A DNA stretch of 63,996 bases, filler included, from Perkinsus olseni (taxonomy: Eukaryota): the NCBI GenBank assembly GCA_013115125.1. It is 3 parts of 3 records of this genome, joined end to end, with 100 filler letters (N's around TTAATTAATTAA, not from the genome) between each part and the next. Parts side by side here need not be neighbours in the genome. Positions count along the whole stretch, not along the records: positions 22,750 to 45,382 come from JABANN010000535.1; positions 45,483 to 63,996 come from JABANN010000613.1; 1 more part is not named here. One strand, 5' to 3'. Every line of letters begins with the position of its first letter. The stretch's first letter is position 1. The translations under genes were made by a program, and so were the position numbers. Positions 36,074 to 47,473 of this stretch are shown piece after piece. Under the pieces are notes generated by a model. That model saw nothing but the letters and a program-made list of their open reading frames with translations, did not search any database and was not told the origin of the DNA.

Positions 36074-37567
36074 ATGTTTTGGCAGAGATCCGAGAAGGCT
36101 GAGCGTCTCTCCGATCGAAGAGCCCTCTTAGCAGTAGCAGCTGTTCTACCCGCACCCCTCCTTGTTGGGCTTTGCTGTGGTTTTACTGCCCCCATGATCG
36201 ACACTATGCAGAACACTGTTGTCTCACCCGAAGGGGAGCACATCGAGCTCGGGGCTCACTCGGACCTCTATGTCTTCAGTTCAACGATGACTGCGAGCTT
36301 CTTTAGCGCCGCCCTCACCTTGGGTGCGCTCATAGCTTCTCTTTCTGGAGGGCCAATCTCTGAGCGCACTGGTCGCCGGCTTGCGTTATTGATTGCTGGC
36401 CCTCTCAATGTGATTTCCTTCCTCATCATCGCTCTTTGCAAGAATGTTGCTGCTCTCATTATAGCTCGGCTAATTGGTGGCTGGTCTATGGGCATATGTT
36501 CCTTTGTGTGTTCCGTCTACATCAGTGAAGTGTCTCCGACTAGACTGCGTGGTCTCTTGGGGAGCTGTACCCAGCTACTCATAGGTTTGGGCATCCTGCT
36601 CGTTTACGTCTTCGGCGCCGTGTGTCGTACAGATGGAGGGTCTACTGATCCACTGGCAACTTCCCGGACATTCTGCCGTTGGCGGTTGGTCTCGTACATC
36701 TGCCTCATACCAGGAGCAGTGTTGACTGTTGCCATGTTCTTCGCTCCTGAGACCCCGAGGTGGCTCGCTACTCGCGGCAAGCTGAAGCAAGCGGAAGAGA
36801 CTTTGTGTTTTATCCGAGGAGTTGACTCGGCTGACGACCCGAGGATAGCAGACGAGGTCGAAGCTCTTGAGAACATTCTGGGAGGCGAAGGGGAGAAAAG
36901 CGGAGGACCGTCTGACATGAAACATCGTTTCAAGATTCTCTCGAAGTGCCGCAGGCAATTTGCTATCGTGACGGTGACGAACCTCGGCACTCAGTTCTCC
37001 GGTACTAACGCGCAGACCTTCTACCAGGACACAATTTTCCAAGCTGCTGGTCTGAAGGATTCATCAGTCCTCGCTATAACAGTTCGAGTTTCAAGCACAG
37101 TAGCGACCATACCATGTATGTATCTCTTGGATCGTCTCGGTCGTCGGCCCCTCCTCATCAGCAGTTGGATCGGCATCGCTATCAGTCAGCTATTAATGGG
37201 CATCTTCTTCTACCTCGATCGGGATGGCGATGCTCAGAACCTCGGCTGGCTCGCTTTATTAGCAGCATACGGTTACCAGTTATCGTACTCTTGGGGTTCC
37301 GGTCCTATCCGATGGATGCTTCCTTCGGAGATATTCCCAGACGAAGCACGAGGGTTGGCGTCTGCCATTGCCACCACGTCCAATTGGGGTGGTGCCTTCT
37401 TCTTCGTTCTTTTCCTTGAGTCCTGTATCGAAGCAACCTCAATGCAAGCTGCATTTTTCTTCTTCTCCTGTGTGGCTGCTGCAGTGACCGTGTTTGAGTG
37501 GTACATGGTACCCGAGACTAAAGGTAAAACCTTCGAGGAAATTCAAAAGATGTTCGAATCAGCTTGA
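36074..37567 (+). CDS. Sugar porter (MFS) copy 8
   Basis: Same motifs; closest to copy 9. Confidence 0.95.
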   Translation: MFWQRSEKAERLSDRRALLAVAAVLPAPLLVGLCCGFTAPMIDTMQNTVVSPEGEHIELGAHSDLYVFSSTMTASFFSAALTLGALIASLSGGPISERTGRRLALLIAGPLNVISFLIIALCKNVAALIIARLIGGWSMGICSFVCSVYISEVSPTRLRGLLGSCTQLLIGLGILLVYVFGAVCRTDGGSTDPLATSRTFCRWRLVSYICLIPGAVLTVAMFFAPETPRWLATRGKLKQAEETLCFIRGVDSADDPRIADEVEALENILGGEGEKSGGPSDMKHRFKILSKCRRQFAIVTVTNLGTQFSGTNAQTFYQDTIFQAAGLKDSSVLAITVRVSSTVATIPCMYLLDRLGRRPLLISSWIGIAISQLLMGIFFYLDRDGDAQNLGWLALLAAYGYQLSYSWGSGPIRWMLPSEIFPDEARGLASAIATTSNWGGAFFFVLFLESCIEATSMQAAFFFFSCVAAAVTVFEWYMVPETKGKTFEEIQKMFESA

Positions 37568-38750
37568 TGACTGTGTGTTTAGTGTATCGCTCGGCTTCGT
37601 TTGCCTGGCCCAATTTTATTCTGCACTCTGTCTTCTGCAGTATCACGGGGAATTCCCGGTCATTCCTTTATATAATAGCCGAGAGGCAGAATCTTGAGTT
37701 GTTACACTATCGACGCGGCCAGCATGATAACTACCTCAGCGGGGCTCGTGACAAAAGGTTGCCAAGCAGGCCCTAGTGTATGCGATAACCCTCCGTCGTA
37801 GCTCTCTTCGCTGCGTCCACCGTGATGGCCTTACTGACGTCGCGAAGGAGAGAGGTGTATTCGCTTGGGAGCACGACGTTGGCCAGTAGCGAACTCTGCG
37901 TACATGGCTGCCAGCGAGAGCAATTAAGGTGGAAATTGTCGGGTTATTTCCCCGCGCGCTCGGCCTTTTTCTAATTTGATGCTGTTCGCCAAATCGATCT
38001 TGCTACGGCGTATTTTGGTACGGACGTTACTTCCCTGGCGGAATTGCTCACAGTAGAGCTTAGTTAGGCCTCAACAAGGTGTGGGTTCTCCATACTGCCA
38101 ACTCGCCCTTCCGTGGGGTTGACCCCATAGGATCGATGCTGCCGTCACAGCCTGCCCAGGATGCAGCACGGGCACTTGCTTGCTCGTTCCGCATCTGTCA
38201 ACCAAGTTCTTGTGGTACGAATCCCCAAGCTAGCCTCATCAATTCCGCAGCAGAACATTCCGGCCCGTCGAACAGCGTCAGCAGAGTACAATGATTGTCT
38301 CTTGGTGGCTATGGAAATTGTGTGCTTTGTCCCCCGTGAGGAGCTCACGCCAGGACGACAAATTGTCGTCGACAATAACCTGGTCAAAGAGGGCTACGCG
38401 GCAGTTATAGCTGTGGTTCCAGTAGGAGTAGCTCGAGTCGATGTCAAGGGCTTGCAGAACAGCATACACACGGGCTGAGCGGAGCATACAGATGTTCTCG
38501 AAATTTCCCACAATTCTCTACGGGAGATGCTGGGTTCCTCTTCCGTACATCGAGAGTGAGTGAGGCACCGGTTCGATTTTGAGATTATGGAGCTTGGAGC
38601 GGAGCTAACTCATAGTACTCGGTCAGGGTTTGTGTGCTGACGGAAGAACTTAGAGTCGACATGAAAAGATTCGGACTGCAAATTTCGGAGGGGATGTGGG
38701 ATGCTGGAATTTGTCACTGGCGTTACTTTTTGCTCCTCAGTTTCACTCGT

Positions 38751-40241
38751 ATGTTTTGGCAGAGAGCCGAGAAGGCTGAGCGCCTCTCCGATCGAGTAGC
38801 CCTCTTAGCAGTAGCAGCTGTTCTACCCGCACCCCTGTGTGTCGGTCTTTGCTGTGGGTTTACTGCCCCCATGATCGACACTATGCAGAACACTGTCACT
38901 TCGCCTGAAGGAGTACACATCGAGATCGGCGCTGGCTCAGATCTCTTTGTCTTCAGCTCTATGATGGAATCGAGCTTCTTCAGTGCGGCCCTTACTCTGG
39001 GCGCTCTCATTGGTACTCTTTCTGGAGGTCCCATTGCTGAGCGTACTGGGCGCCGTATCGCCCTTATAATCGCTGGTCCACTTAATGTTGTGGCCTTTCT
39101 TATCATCGCTCTCTGCAAGAATGTTGCTGCCCTGATCATAGCTCGGTTGATTGCCGGCTTCTCTATGGGCATATGTTCCTTTGTGTGCTCTGTCTACATC
39201 AGTGAGGTGTCTCCGACTAGACTGCGTGGTCTCTTGGGGAGCTGTACTCAGCTACTCATGGGCTTGGGCATCCTGCTTGTCTACATCTTGGGGGCCGTGT
39301 GTCGTACAGATGGAGGGTCTACTGATCCACTGGCAACTTCCCGGACATTCTGCCGTTGGCGGTTGGTCTCGTACATCTGCCTCATACCTGGAGCAGTGTT
39401 GACTGTTGCCATGTTCTTTGCTCCCGAGACCCCGAGGTGGCTCGCTACCCGTGGTAAACTAGAGAGAGCGGAGAACACGCTGTGCAGACTTCGAGGAGTG
39501 GAGCACGCTGATGACCCTAGGATAGCAGACGAGGTTAAAGCTCTGGAAGACATCGTCGAAAGTCAAGCAAAGAAGAGCGGAGGAGCATCCGACATGAAAC
39601 GGCGATTTGATATTCTATGGCATTGCCCGAAGCAAGTTGCCATCGTGACGATGACAAATGTCTTCACACAGTTCTCCGGCACCAACGCGCAGACCTTTTT
39701 TCAGGACACAATATTCCAAGCTGCTGGCCTGAAGGATTCATCAGTCCTCGCTATAACAGTTCGAGTTTCGAGTACAGTAGCGACCATACCATGTATGTAT
39801 CTCTTGGATCGTCTCGGTCGTCGGCCCCTTCTCATCAGTAGTTGCATGGGTATCTCTATCAGTCAACTTCTGATGGGTATATTCTTCTACCTCGATCGGG
39901 ATGGTGATGCTCAGAACCTCGGCTGGCTCGCTTTATTAGCAGCATACGGTTACCAGTTATCGTATTCTTGGGGTTCCGGTCCTATCCGATGGATGCTGGC
40001 ATCAGAGATCTTTCCAGACGAAGCACGAGGGTTGGCCTCTGCCATAGCCACCACGTCCAATTGGACTGGTGCATTCTTCTTCGTTCTTTTCCTTGAGTCC
40101 TGTATCGAGGCAACCTCAATGCAAGCTGCGTTTTTCTTCTTCTCTTGTGTGGCTGCTCTTATGACGATTTTCGAGTGGTACATGGTACCCGAGACTAAAG
40201 GTAAAACCTTCGAGGAAATCCAACAGATGTTCGACAATTGA
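38751..40241 (+). CDS. Sugar porter (MFS) copy 9
   Basis: Start at MFWQR chosen by homology to copy 8. Confidence 0.95.
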   Translation: MFWQRAEKAERLSDRVALLAVAAVLPAPLCVGLCCGFTAPMIDTMQNTVTSPEGVHIEIGAGSDLFVFSSMMESSFFSAALTLGALIGTLSGGPIAERTGRRIALIIAGPLNVVAFLIIALCKNVAALIIARLIAGFSMGICSFVCSVYISEVSPTRLRGLLGSCTQLLMGLGILLVYILGAVCRTDGGSTDPLATSRTFCRWRLVSYICLIPGAVLTVAMFFAPETPRWLATRGKLERAENTLCRLRGVEHADDPRIADEVKALEDIVESQAKKSGGASDMKRRFDILWHCPKQVAIVTMTNVFTQFSGTNAQTFFQDTIFQAAGLKDSSVLAITVRVSSTVATIPCMYLLDRLGRRPLLISSCMGISISQLLMGIFFYLDRDGDAQNLGWLALLAAYGYQLSYSWGSGPIRWMLASEIFPDEARGLASAIATTSNWTGAFFFVLFLESCIEATSMQAAFFFFSCVAALMTIFEWYMVPETKGKTFEEIQQMFDN

Positions 40242-41195
40242 GTGTTTAGTATTTTGATTGGCTTCACTTGCCTGGCTTGTTTCTATTCTGGTATGTATAT
40301 TCTGCCATGAGGTGATTCTCCCTCATCATACATCTACGTTCTAGCTTTGTGTACTACAAGGCTACTATACTATATAACAACTGACTCTTCTATGGTACAC
40401 GTTGTATTGCCATTTTGGGTTGCTAAGTGAATGAGTTGGGCAAACCAGAGAGTGGGCAGAGGGATTTGGAATGTAGGCTGTAATGACAAATTGCAACACG
40501 CAAGAATGTGGCCACTATGCCACGTGGCAGCAGCAGCCACCGCTGTTGGAATTAGGCAGCAATTATTGCTTCGATTGCTCAACTTTTCCGGTCCTTGTGC
40601 CCCCATTTCTGCATAACATGCAGTGCATGTTGTATTCATTCAGTTTCGGACTGTTATGGATCTTGAACCAAGATCGCCCTCCCTCATGAAATTCATTCTT
40701 GTATTTTACTGAGACTCACTACTCGCGGGTCAGGTAACCGAAGAGATCTGAATTACTTGCACGCTGACATGTATTCTACGAGCCCCTTCATCCATCCTTG
40801 TTGGCGGGGCGAGTCAAGCGACCCGATCTCGCGATGCACACAACATCAGCTAGTGCGCTCAGTGGCTGTATGTGGGGAACTGATACATATTCATCTCATC
40901 GTTCAGTGCTTTGCGTTTGGTGCTCATGTCGGGGTTTGGCTTCCGGAGGCTAGCGAATGCTACTCTAACTGCCGATCGTATTGGGAAATAGACGGAGGCA
41001 GTCCTGAGATTTCCCTCTTTTGCGAGGCAAATTATCTGGGCTCGAGCTGGAGGGCGTCTCGAATCGAGACTCGATGATTCTGCTCGAGTGGTCCTAGGAA
41101 GTACATACTTTTTCGAGTGTCGCTCTGACGCGATAGCTGTGCGAGCTTCCTAGTCGAAGCATCCGAGGAGGAAGTGATTCTCTCACGATACTGCG

Positions 41196-42845
41196 CTAAG
41201 ACAGCGATCCAGCCCGTAACGCAAACCGGCAGTCACTCAAGAAACTCCTGTGGATGTGCCGTCTCCTTCTCGCGACAGCCTCAGAGCCTTCGATCGCGCT
41301 TGCCGCGATAACTGGGCCGATACCATCCTGAATTCCGATGAGAGAGATTAACCGATCGTAGAAAGGAAGGTGTCGTACGTGTTGAGCGCCCAAAAGAGGT
41401 GTGGAGGGAGAGTCCCCGGCTGCAGTAACAACGACTCGTCCTGAACAACCAATGACGTTGTTGTGGCCGAGCCGAAGAGACCGTCGGATTAGCTGACAAT
41501 GAGCTACCTTATCTAATGGACCGCCAGCAGCATCGGAAGCTTTTCGCTCTCCAGTTTGGATGGCCTCATCCACGCCGGTGAGAGACATGAACTTCACAAC
41601 TTCAGCGAGATGATGGTCGTGAAGTTTGCTAATCCGTCGACCAAGCCTTTGGACATCATCAGCACTCGGAGGGGCCATCCAGTCTGACGTATGCCGCACA
41701 TAGCTATACACTACACAACGATTGCTCACCTCTCCCTGCATCCGCTGGCTCGGAGTTTGTCGCTGCTCCCTCGGCACTCGAAGGCGATCCCGTCGATACC
41801 TATAAAGCATCTTCCAGAAGAAAGCTGGCTCCTCTTTCAGCTGACCTTCAATTTTTTCTTCTTATTCCTTCCGTCCCCCTCATTGATTTCAGAAAATAAG
41901 TCATTACCAGAATCCTGCGCCCGCTTGGATTTTCCAGTCCCCGTGGTTTTGCTCTTCTTCCGTCGCTTCTCGTCCACGCCTGATCATTAACCTCATCAAC
42001 CCTCGGAAGGCCACATTTCCAGTACCATCTTTTTTCGCCTTGCTGCCCTTTTTCTTCGCTCCGCTGGATTTTTCCTCATTTTCAACTTCCTCTTTCTCGG
42101 ATGAAGTAGAGGGAGTCACCACACTTGTCGGGCTGCTGCCATCCTTCACCAACTCCGGGACCATCTTGTGAATCCATGTATCCTTCCGCGTGCGGCACGT
42201 AGCACGCATACGCATAGCACCATGAGCGATATCACTACTGACATCGTTGAACCTAATAAGAGCCGATCACGAGCAGCCACTAGGAATCTCCAACTCCCTA
42301 CGTAAGGCAGTTCTGCCAGATCTGCTCGAGGTCGTTAAAGAACTCCAAGACGCTCGTGTACCGCCTATAAGACGCGAATGAAATCATACAGGCTGCTGCT
42401 GATGATAATGAGACCGATCGAAGTGCCCGTCATCACTACCCACATTCCTTGGCTGTGACGGCCTGAGGATGTTTCTTAAATTTCTTGGACTTCACGGTGA
42501 GAAGTAGCCGAGCCTCTACCGTACCTGTCACTACCGTACAATCAGTGTCCACGGCAGACAGCCCTACCAAGATCCCTCGGTCGTTTGATCATTTTGGGAT
42601 AGTCGTGCAAGCCCAGCTCCTTCCACTCCACGGGCGCCTTGAAGTCCTCTGCGTCCGGGGACCCACGGAGCGATTCAATAACCTACAGGAGTTTGCTGGG
42701 TCGATTACCGTAAACCAGCCACCACCTCGAACAGCCCAGCGACGATACTCTGAGTGATCTTCGTCGCCGCCAAAACCTGATCCTCAGTCCGGAAAGCAGC
42801 CCGCATAAGTGACCATAAAACCAACCCGACTGTGACCACGTCCAT
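41196..42845 (-). CDS. Multi-exon bromodomain + ET-domain (BET/GTE-like) protein
   Basis: Spliced exons FKAPVEWKELGLHDYPKMIKRPRDL and YTSVLEFFNDLEQIWQNCLT/FNDVSSDIAHGAMRM form a bromodomain; DVQRLGRRISKLHDHHLAEVVKFM is ET-like. Ends approximate. Confidence 0.8.
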
Positions 42846-42938
42846 GCCCTTTTACGAGGACAGCCCGTCAAGTCCACTCCAACCAGAAACCCTCGAAATC
42901 GTACAGAAAAAGGTGTCAAAGCGCATACGGAGATGATC

Positions 42939-43589
42939 TCATTGCTGATACGCACCCGGAGCGCCACCGATGGCGGGGTTGCCGGTCGCCATGAACCACA
43001 GTAGGGCTGCCAGGACCAACGCACGTGGGCCCATCATCAGAGCGAGGAAGGCAAGCAGGATTATCTGAGGACATCAACTTCGCGGTAGAAGCAGACGGTA
43101 GAAGTAGTACGTATAACAGCGGTACATCCAAGCTTGGACGACCGAGCATGGCTGGGACTGAGGAAGGATTAATGACTCGGCAGAGGAGTCTGGTAGTATT
43201 ACTCGTCACAATTCTTCCTTCTATTCCGAGTAAACGTTCTGCCTGCGCTCGGACTCCAGGCTGAGCCCCTCCTCCACCACTACCCCTAAAACATGTATCC
43301 TATGATCGCCGTGCCTCAGCCTTAGACACTATTACTGAGGATTGCCGCTACTGTATTGATATGCACTACTGCCGCTGGTGTTGCTAGTATGGTCAGTCGG
43401 ACCGCCAGGAGTTGATGACGACCATTCCGCCGACGACCGGAAACTGTCGCCACCTGACAGTAGTCCTTTGCGCTAGAGTGTAATGATCGTGAGACTACCG
43501 TTGGTCTTTTGTGGATGCTGTTGCCTCTTCCTTGCCGCCGCCCTAGGATCGGAGTCCGGTACAATTTCCCCGTCAATGATCAGAACCAT
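42939..43589 (-). CDS. Small membrane protein, FAM241/DUF4605-like (multi-exon)
   Basis: MVLIIDGEIVPDSDPRA start, Gly/Ser linker, and last exon IILLAFLALMMGPRALVLAALLWFMA...YQQ*. Confidence 0.65.
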
Positions 43590-43697
43590 CGTAAAAAATC
43601 TACAACTGAATCGGTATAGGAGGTGACCGACTAAACCCAAGCCCATTGTGATCTGCGAAGTAACTAGATAACTAGCATCAGTGGTCGTAGTGTACAC

Positions 43698-44027
43698 TTA
43701 GGCGGCGAAGGAGCTCTCAGTGGGACAAGTCTCCTTGGGATGCTTGGATTCAAAATGCTGGGTAAGTACTTTATAGTTCGTCATTTGTAACTGTCATGGG
43801 ACGATGTATGCATACTGGTCCAAGGACCAGTTCGAGAGTCATTACCTTGCATTGGGGGCAAGTCATCTTGAGGGCTGCTTTTTGACCGGCCAATTGGCTA
43901 CCTAACAGAATCCTAGCTCCAGCCATGCAGGATACGGAAGAGGTTGGATATCACCCTTATGACTATCCTTAGCCTTTTTCAAAGCATTCTTCCTTTGGGA
44001 CTCAGCCTTCTGCTGACCGCGGGCCAT
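43698..44027 (-). CDS. ZNF706: ZNF706-like small 4F5/SERF + C2H2 zinc-finger protein, 2 introns
   Basis: Spliced MARGQQKAESQRKNALKKAKDSHKGSQLAGQKAALKMTCPQCKLQMTNYKVLTQHFESKHPKETCPTESSFAA*. Confidence 0.88.
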
Positions 44028-44099
44028 GACTAGGTAATGAGCTAGAATGTAACTACATCGCAACAGAATCCCCACACCCCCGTACACTCGACCAACTCT

Positions 44100-45100
44100 G
44101 AACCACACATTTACGTCAAGGACAAGTTCTCCCATGATAACAAAGTGGCGGGGGGCAAGAAGCCACATGAGGACATCAGGCGAACCTGAGTGGCGGCAGC
44201 TGAGGGCTCCCCGAATAAGGGACAGCGTTGCACACAATCTCATAGCCGAGGGTGGCTCAACCCCACACGATATTACATCTTCTTCCCGCCCAGGAATACT
44301 CCCAAATAGGTCTCATGGACGCGTCGTGATGGTCTGACAAGAAAAAGGGTTTTCGACTCGCCGTAGGAAGAGGACCCCACCGGAACTCGCCCGCTGCAGC
44401 AGGCGCTGGCGTCCAACCGTCACTACTGGCACGTCGCTGTCGATCCTCGAAGCTTCGGGCGAGTGACAGCTGCCGTTTAGTGATGTGGGTCAGATCCGTA
44501 GGAGGCCTGAAAGGGGAGGGGTGCCCTCGGACGATCTGCCAACACCCTCACTTCCATAGTCTGTGCGGTATCGCTCCGGCGTCATGTATCGGGCCCAAGG
44601 TACGATAAGCAACATGTGGCAGGGAGTTGCAAAGGGACTGAGAGATGATTTCATATGAAGCCAGGATCGACCTAAGATTCCCCATACTGCGGAGTATCCG
44701 GCAGGAGGGCAGTGTGCTGATACACGACCCACGCTCCCTGATGACGGGCTCCTGGGAGAGAAGCATCCAACGAGCCTCAGCTGATGTCGCAACGTCTCCC
44801 TTCTACTTGTTTAATGCTGCTGATGCATCGGTAGTTGATAACATCACCAGTTGGGGCATCGAAACTCGACCACTACTGCCCGTGTATGGCCCTCGACTGC
44901 CGCTTCTACCTGGGGTTAGGATAGCGCCCTGAACATGACCTATTCTATATCCTTCACGCTCAACCTTAAGATTCGCATATTAGTGCCGGTCCTCAGTTAA
45001 ACTCAGTCAGTCGCAGCAGTACCTCGTGGATGGCCCCTCGAAGTCCTCCGTTATTTCGTTCTCTCAGGAACCCTAGCCGGGAATCGATCGTCGCCGCCAT
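44100..45100 (-). CDS. Probable multi-exon hypothetical gene
   Basis: Start-like MAATIDSRLGFLRERI near 45100, coding-like composition and GT-AG boundaries; no recognisable family. Confidence 0.25.
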
Positions 45101-45382
45101 AACACAACCTAATCCGTATCTCTCATGCTTCGACTAAAAGATAAACCCTCCCAACGCAACAGCGCAATGATACACAAACACGCTTCATTGCATGCACATG
45201 GTGCAACTGATCCATACCACTCCTTTCGTTACTCATCTAGCTGTGAACCCCTTGCGTAGCTCCGCACTAAGTTCGGCCAATGAGCCTGGGTTGTGCGGCA
45301 GGAACAACGTACAGGGTGTTCCAATTCGATATGCAAATCACTAAAATCAGTCTAATTCATGCCATATTGCGTGTTTGAAGCT

Positions 45383-45482
45383 NNNNNNNNNNNNNNNNNN
45401 NNNNNNNNNNNNNNNNNNNNNNNNNNTTAATTAATTAANNNNNNNNNNNNNNNNNNNNNNNNNNNNNNNNNNNNNNNNNNNN
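45383..45482. other. Assembly gap with artificial six-frame stop linker
   Basis: 100-nt block of N with ttaattaattaa at 45427-45438. Confidence 0.95.
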
Positions 45483-45654
45483 TCTTGTCCTTGAGGTCAG
45501 CGGGACACAGGAAGAGATGGTCCAAGGGAGCTGAGATCGGGTTTTGCTCGGCGTAGACCCGAATGAAGGGGTGCGCAGTAGAAGGGGGAGCAGCGGTAGC
45601 GACGAGGGTCGTGAGCGTGAAACCAGCCGAAAGCAGCGACAAAAGAGACGCCAT
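45483..45654 (-). CDS. LicD/fukutin-like paralog 3, 5' fragment cut by the gap
   Basis: Signal peptide then HPFIRVYAE...AP...LFLCP, homologous to the N-termini of the two neighbours. Confidence 0.8.
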
Positions 45655-45818
45655 GATAAAACTAATACCAAAACAATCGCCTCGTTATGAACAATACAAT
45701 GACAATGATGAAGGGAAACTAATGGCATGCACGTGTGAAATGAATTCATCCCCCATCGTCAACGGACGACACAATGTTTGTCCCCTTTCAAGACTAGCAG
45801 CTCCAGTGTGAATCAAGC

Positions 45819-46182
45819 CTACACATTCCTCGGGGGACTGCGTACTTGACGATAAGAAGCGAATGGAGTGGTAGGAGCTGACGAGATTCCCGTCAATAAC
45901 GTACTTTTAAAAACAAAGAAATACACGAGGGCAATGCCGAAAATAGACAGGCATGCTACGAATGATACTGAAATGGTTGAGATGAATCGCTCAGCTTGCA
46001 GTTCTTGCAGCTCCGGCAGGGCAGTGGTCTCAGCCCGCAGAACAGGCGACTTAACGGTTTCAACCAGGGCACTTCTACTGGTGACAATAGTGTCGGCGCT
46101 GAGCTTGTCGGACGACTTCACAGCGTCGAGGTCGTCGGACAAAAAGATACCATCAGTGGTCGAACCATTGTCTGTAGTGATC

Positions 46183-46230
<48 letters not shown>

Positions 46231-47147
46231 GAGTTTGCTTCACCAATGACCAGCTGATAGGAACCGTACTTGTAGTTGCGAGGAATCTCCTTGAGATTGA
46301 TGAGACGTGCGCTCGTTGACCCGAAATGTGACCTCAGAGCAGCTTCAGGGTTGGCGGGCACTTTCACGTTGACGCCATTCAAGGTGTCCCAGCGCATAGG
46401 AAGAACGTCCTCGAGAAGACCGCACTGGTCGCTGAGGGAAGAGCGACAGACCGCGACGGCGGTGGCTGAGGAGTTACCGGGAAGGGGGCACCGCTGGCAA
46501 GGGGCTGATGGGTCGGTGGACTGTAGCATTTGGAAGACGTCAGCGTGGCAAGAGACGCCGCGGTATTTGTGCATGACACGTATCTCGGTGGTGTTGCATC
46601 CGGCCCATTCATCAGGATCCAGTTCGGACCCGACGCCGTACTTGATGCCAGCCACACGATAGTAAGAGTCGGTGGGTAGGTGGTCCTTGAGGAGGGCTGC
46701 CATGTTCTGATGCTGCTGAGTGGCATGCTTCTGGAAGGCTTGTCGACAATGGCTCTGCATGATGGTGAGGTCGGCGTCGACATCCCATGGTATGTGGCCT
46801 TTATCGTGTCGTTGCCAACCCAATAACGTACCGTCTATAATACTAGCGTCGATGCCCAACATATCCAATGCATGAGTAGTGGCATTAGTAACCTCCGTCA
46901 GACATTTTAAAAAGTCTCCTCTCTTGTCAACTTCCATAAGCTCATCATAGTCCATACAAAGTGTACCATCAATAGTCACCTCCTCCGACGGCCATGATGA
47001 CAGATCAATACCATCTGTTACATTCATCGGGCATAGGAATAGATTCTCTGACGGGGCATGGTCCACTTCTCCTTCAGGAAAAACCCGAATAAACCTCTCA
47101 GCTTCGACCATAACGGCCATGACCACCATACACCCACGTAACAACAT
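45819..47147 (-). CDS. LicD/fukutin-family nucleotidyltransferase-fold protein with signal peptide, poly-Asp tract and C-terminal TM
   Basis: DGTLLGWQRHDKGHIPWDVDAD motif, HADVF, and VKVPANPEAALRSHFG; intronless. Confidence 0.9.
46183..46229. repeat. (ATC)n microsatellite encoding poly-Asp
   Basis: About 15 tandem units. Confidence 0.95.
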
Positions 47148-47473
47148 ACCGAGAGCGATGGCGAAATGTGAGAGATACTAAAAGAAACCTAATAACAGCA
47201 AAAACCGAATCCGGAGCGCTCCCTAGGGACGGAGGCCGCAGACCTTGTGGGCCTGACGACACCACCGTTGACAAAGAGACCCAAGTGACACTCATGCAAG
47301 GTCGAAGACGGTAGTTGCCAGACTACCAAGATACCCTGCCCGGTTCCAACTCAACTTCTCGGAGATCGACAAAGTCAATAAAAAAGGGAATGGTGAAGCC
47401 AGCTTGTGGGCGAGAGTCAGATCGTCGATCGACGTACTCATGGTTCATTCCCCAATAAGGCCAAATTCTGACC

